Source: Rhodothermales bacterium
GTDB lineage: Bacteria; Bacteroidota; Rhodothermia; Rhodothermales; UBA10348
NCBI GenBank assembly: GCA_017859335.1
Contig: JAFMNH010000003.1
Location: forward strand, 1 to 50,737
Reading direction: 5' to 3'
DNA length: 50,737 nt
Under the pieces are notes generated by a model. The model was given only the letters and a program-made list of their open reading frames with translations. It was not told the origin of the DNA and did not search any database. This document shows, piece by piece, positions 47,618 to 50,737 of this stretch; within the stretch, counting starts at the first letter, position 1; each line of letters starts with the position of its first letter. The translations under genes and the position numbers were made by a program.

Positions 47618-49773
47618 CAGAACGGAAGATCATCTGCTTCTCTGACCACGCGGTCCGTGGACGCATCTGCCCCCGCATCCTTTTCTTCGCCGCCTCCCAG
47701 CAATCCGGCGTTTCCGGAGAAACTTCCCTCTCCACTACGGACACCCTCTCCGGGAAGCCGCTGCTGCGGTTCGACCGGGTCCAGTTCGTTGGACGGTGCC
47801 TCAACCAGTGTGCACGGCTCCAGAACAGACTCGGGCAGTCCCTCGAGGAATCGGCTGGGCTTGGTGAAATACTGCCCCTCATACCGCCGGAACTGCATCA
47901 TGGGGTAGGAGATGAACAGGCGATCCTCTGCACGCGTGATGGCCACATACAGGAGCCGCAATTCCTCGTCCATCGCCTCCTCATCGCCTATCGAATAGGA
48001 TGAAGGCAGCACGCCATCGAGCGCCTGGATGACGAAGACGGATGTGAACTCCAACCCCTTGGCCGAATGGATCGTGGACAGAACGAGCGGCGGCTCATCC
48101 TTTTCTTCTTCCTCCACATCGACGGCCGTCAGTTCGATGGGGTCCAGCGCCAGCGAATCCAGGAACGTGGCCCGGTCCGAGAACCGGGCGGCGACGCCTG
48201 CCAGGTGTTCCAGGTCCGTTTCCCGTTTGGGATAGTCTTCGGAGTACACCCTCCGCAGGATGGGTGCGTAATAGTCCATGATGGCTTCCAGCTGCTGGCC
48301 GAGCCCCACCTTGCTTCCGTGAAGGGAACGGAGTACGCCGAACAGGCTGCTCAGCGATGCCCTGTAGGCCTTGGAAAAGGGGGCGCCTTCCACACTGTAG
48401 CGCGTTTGATCGTCACCCTGGATCCATTCAATGATGCGACCTGCCGTCTTTGGACCGATACCCTCCATGAGCTGCAGTACCCGGTTCCAGGCAACAACGT
48501 CCCGGGGGTTCTCGAGCACTTTCAAGTGGGCTATCACGTCCTTGATGTGGGCCGCTTCGGCCAGCTTGAGTCCCCCGTACTTGACGAAGGGAATATTCCT
48601 ACGGTTGAGCTCGACTTCCAGGTCGTATGAGTTGTGGCCGCTTCGGAACAGGACCGCCATCCTGTGGAGCGGCTCTCCCTGCTCGCGAAGGGCCAGGATC
48701 ATCTGGCTCACGAAACGGCTTTCGAATCGGTCGTCGGGAGCCGGCACAAGGCCGGGCAGGTCCCCTTTCCCCCGCTCCGTGAACAGATGCTTGTCGAACC
48801 TGCGTTTGGCCCGTGTCAGGACATCATTGGCCAGGTCGAGGATCGACTGCGTCGAGCGATAGTTGTGCTCCAGCTTGATGACGGAAGCTCCGGCATATTC
48901 CTCCGGGAATCGCAGGATGTTACCCATGTCGGCGCCCCGGAAGCGGTAGATGCTCTGGGCATCATCCCCCACAACCATGACGTTGCCGTGCACACTGGAA
49001 AGCGCCTTGACCAGGAGCGCCTGGGCCCGATTGGTATCCTGATATTCATCCACCAACACGTACCGACACCTGGCGGCCACCTCCCTGAGCAAGGCCGCGT
49101 CCTGCTGGAAGAGCTTCAGCGTCAGGATGAGCAGGTCGTCGTAGTCCATCAGCCCCTGCTCCTTCTTGTACTGGGTGTACTGCTCGAAGAGGGCATCCAG
49201 GGCGTCCGAGAACTCCAGGAAATGCGGATACGAGGACTCGAGTACCGCATCGATGGAGCGTCCCGTATTGTGGACCGAGGAAAACACGGAGGCGATGGTG
49301 CGCTTCTTGGGGAACCGCTTGTCCTTGAACCGGGCAGCAATGGGGCCGCGCAGCAGGTCGATGACGTCGGCTGCATCCTGCGCATCGAGAACCGTGAATC
49401 CGTCCCGGTATCCCAGCTTCGGCGCGTACTGCTTGAGAATGGTCAGGCAGAAGGCGTGGAACGTGCCGCCGCGCACGCGGGAGCACCGACCGTCGAGCAG
49501 GCTGGCGGCCCGCGTCAGCATCTGCTGCGCGGCCCGGCGGGTGAAGGTCAAGAGCACGATCTGTTCCGGCGGTGCTCCCTGTCCTACCAGCCACGCCACC
49601 CGATGCACGAGGGTCCGGGTCTTGCCCGTCCCGGCGCCGGCAACGACCAGGACCGCGCCCGCTCCCCAGGTGGCCGCCTCGTATTGCCGCTCGTTGAGCT
49701 CGCTGCGGAAATCCAGCCCATCCGGGTCCTGGACGGGAAACTGTTCGGGGGCGATGACGATACGACGAGCCAT
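47617..49773 (-). CDS. UvrD/PcrA/Rep-family SF1A DNA helicase
   Basis: AGAGTGKT, TFT, GTFH, VDEYQD, VGDDAQSIYRFRGA, NYRST, STIHSAKGLEF, LLYVAITRA. Confidence 0.95.
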   Translation of the reverse strand: MARRIVIAPEQFPVQDPDGLDFRSELNERQYEAATWGAGAVLVVAGAGTGKTRTLVHRVAWLVGQGAPPEQIVLLTFTRRAAQQMLTRAASLLDGRCSRVRGGTFHAFCLTILKQYAPKLGYRDGFTVLDAQDAADVIDLLRGPIAARFKDKRFPKKRTIASVFSSVHNTGRSIDAVLESSYPHFLEFSDALDALFEQYTQYKKEQGLMDYDDLLILTLKLFQQDAALLREVAARCRYVLVDEYQDTNRAQALLVKALSSVHGNVMVVGDDAQSIYRFRGADMGNILRFPEEYAGASVIKLEHNYRSTQSILDLANDVLTRAKRRFDKHLFTERGKGDLPGLVPAPDDRFESRFVSQMILALREQGEPLHRMAVLFRSGHNSYDLEVELNRRNIPFVKYGGLKLAEAAHIKDVIAHLKVLENPRDVVAWNRVLQLMEGIGPKTAGRIIEWIQGDDQTRYSVEGAPFSKAYRASLSSLFGVLRSLHGSKVGLGQQLEAIMDYYAPILRRVYSEDYPKRETDLEHLAGVAARFSDRATFLDSLALDPIELTAVDVEEEEKDEPPLVLSTIHSAKGLEFTSVFVIQALDGVLPSSYSIGDEEAMDEELRLLYVAITRAEDRLFISYPMMQFRRYEGQYFTKPSRFLEGLPESVLEPCTLVEAPSNELDPVEPQQRLPGEGVRSGEGSFSGNAGLLGGGEEKDAGADASTDRVVREADDLPF

Positions 49774-49963
49774 GCATCAGGTACACCCGGGCACTGGATT
49801 CGATCCCACGCCGTGCAGGTGGAATGGGACAGCCACCGGGCTCCTCGCGGACATTTCGTGGATAACTCGACCATCTCCTGAGAACGCTCCGGTGGAAGCC
49901 CGAGACTGGACTTCATAGATTCATTGTGGGACTGACAGCTAACACGGACGGTACGTAGCCGAC

Positions 49964-50737
49964 ATGGGAAAAATCATCGCAGTGGCGAATCAAAAAGGGG
50001 GCGTTGGAAAAACGACCACCGCGGTCAACCTGGCTGCATCGCTCGCGGCCATGGAGCACCCTACCCTGCTCGTTGATTTTGATCCACAAGCCAACGGCAC
50101 CTCGGGTGTTGGTATCGATCCGCGCGGCGTCAGCGGATCGTCCTACGAAATCCTGATTGGTTCCATGACGGCCAAGGAGGCAACCGTTGAAACGGATTCG
50201 CCCTTCCTGTCCTTGATTCCCAGCCATATCAATCTGGTAGGGGCGGAGATCGAGATGGTTGAGGTACCGGATCGTGAACGGATGCTCTCCCGCGCACTGG
50301 CACCCATCCAGGATGACTATGATTTCATCATCATCGACTGTCCACCCTCTCTGGGCCTGTTGACGCTGAACGCCCTGACTGCCTCCAACTCCGTCATCAT
50401 TCCGGTACAGGCCGAATATTTCGCTCTCGAAGGCCTCGGGCAGCTGCTGAACACCATCAAACTGGTACGTCAACATCTGAATCCGGCACTTGAGATAGAG
50501 GGTGTCGTCCTGACCATGTTCGACACCCGGTTGCGGCTTGCCAATCAGGTGGCCGGCGAAGTCAGAAGGTATTTCGGGGAGAAAGTCTTCAACACCATCG
50601 TTCAACGGAACGTCCGACTGTCAGAGGCTCCCAGTTTTGGCCGGCCAGTACTCCTGTACGATGCGGCCAGTACGGGGTCCCGGAATTACATCGGCCTGGC
50701 CCGGGAAATCCTGCGTGCCAACCGCCACGTTTTTGAA
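49964..50737 (+). CDS. parA: ParA/Soj chromosome partitioning ATPase, no stop within window (partial)
   Basis: Absent from the ORF track; manual translation MGKIIAVANQKGGVGKTTTAVNLAA...DFDPQAN...IIDCPPSLGLLTLNAL...PVQAEYFALEGL...LSEAPSFG. Confidence 0.95.
   Translation, partial: MGKIIAVANQKGGVGKTTTAVNLAASLAAMEHPTLLVDFDPQANGTSGVGIDPRGVSGSSYEILIGSMTAKEATVETDSPFLSLIPSHINLVGAEIEMVEVPDRERMLSRALAPIQDDYDFIIIDCPPSLGLLTLNALTASNSVIIPVQAEYFALEGLGQLLNTIKLVRQHLNPALEIEGVVLTMFDTRLRLANQVAGEVRRYFGEKVFNTIVQRNVRLSEAPSFGRPVLLYDAASTGSRNYIGLAREILRANRHVFE

Noticed and set aside
49857-49865. DnaA-box-like TTATCCACG upstream of parA
   Set aside because: Single copy with a mismatch and no AT-rich unwinding element; not enough for oriC
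43411-49870. Shared 11-mer ggataactcga in two spacers (43411 and 49860)
   Set aside because: Many 11-mer matches are expected by chance in 50 kb
4624-49918. Many long antisense or alternate-frame ORFs (e.g. 4624-5628, 20896-21978, 24896-25912, 35919-37079, 48634-49881)
   Set aside because: Expected shadows of GC-rich coding genes; each overlaps a confidently identified gene and has no family motifs
49913-50605. 230-aa minus-strand ORF in the track
   Set aside because: Shadow of parA on the plus strand

Overview
A gene-dense, GC-rich (roughly 60% by eye) chromosomal window, mostly housekeeping. Gene content suggests Bacteroidota/Rhodothermota (inference from the Bat operon, single-anchor sdhCAB and Bacteroidota-style RNase E/G). 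It encodes a carboxyltransferase beta subunit, an MltD-like LysM transglycosylase, an ECF sigma/anti-sigma-like/periplasmic triad, an amidase, RidA, an SDR/CusF-like/Tat-PLP enzyme cluster, RNase E/G, citrate synthase-sdhCAB, purQ, a creatininase-family protein, DUF58-BatA-E (no MoxR nearby), tdk, MlaEFD, radA, rpiA, two MacB-like permeases, a UvrD-like helicase and a partial parA. The one clearly accessory segment (~9.0-13.4 kb) is AT-richer and carries three membrane-free signalling proteins. It has a structured upstream leader, and downstream a small two-helix membrane ORF and an attenuator-like four-segment repeat. No rRNA, tRNA, CRISPR, integrase or transposase was recognised. All family calls come from motif recognition, not database searches.
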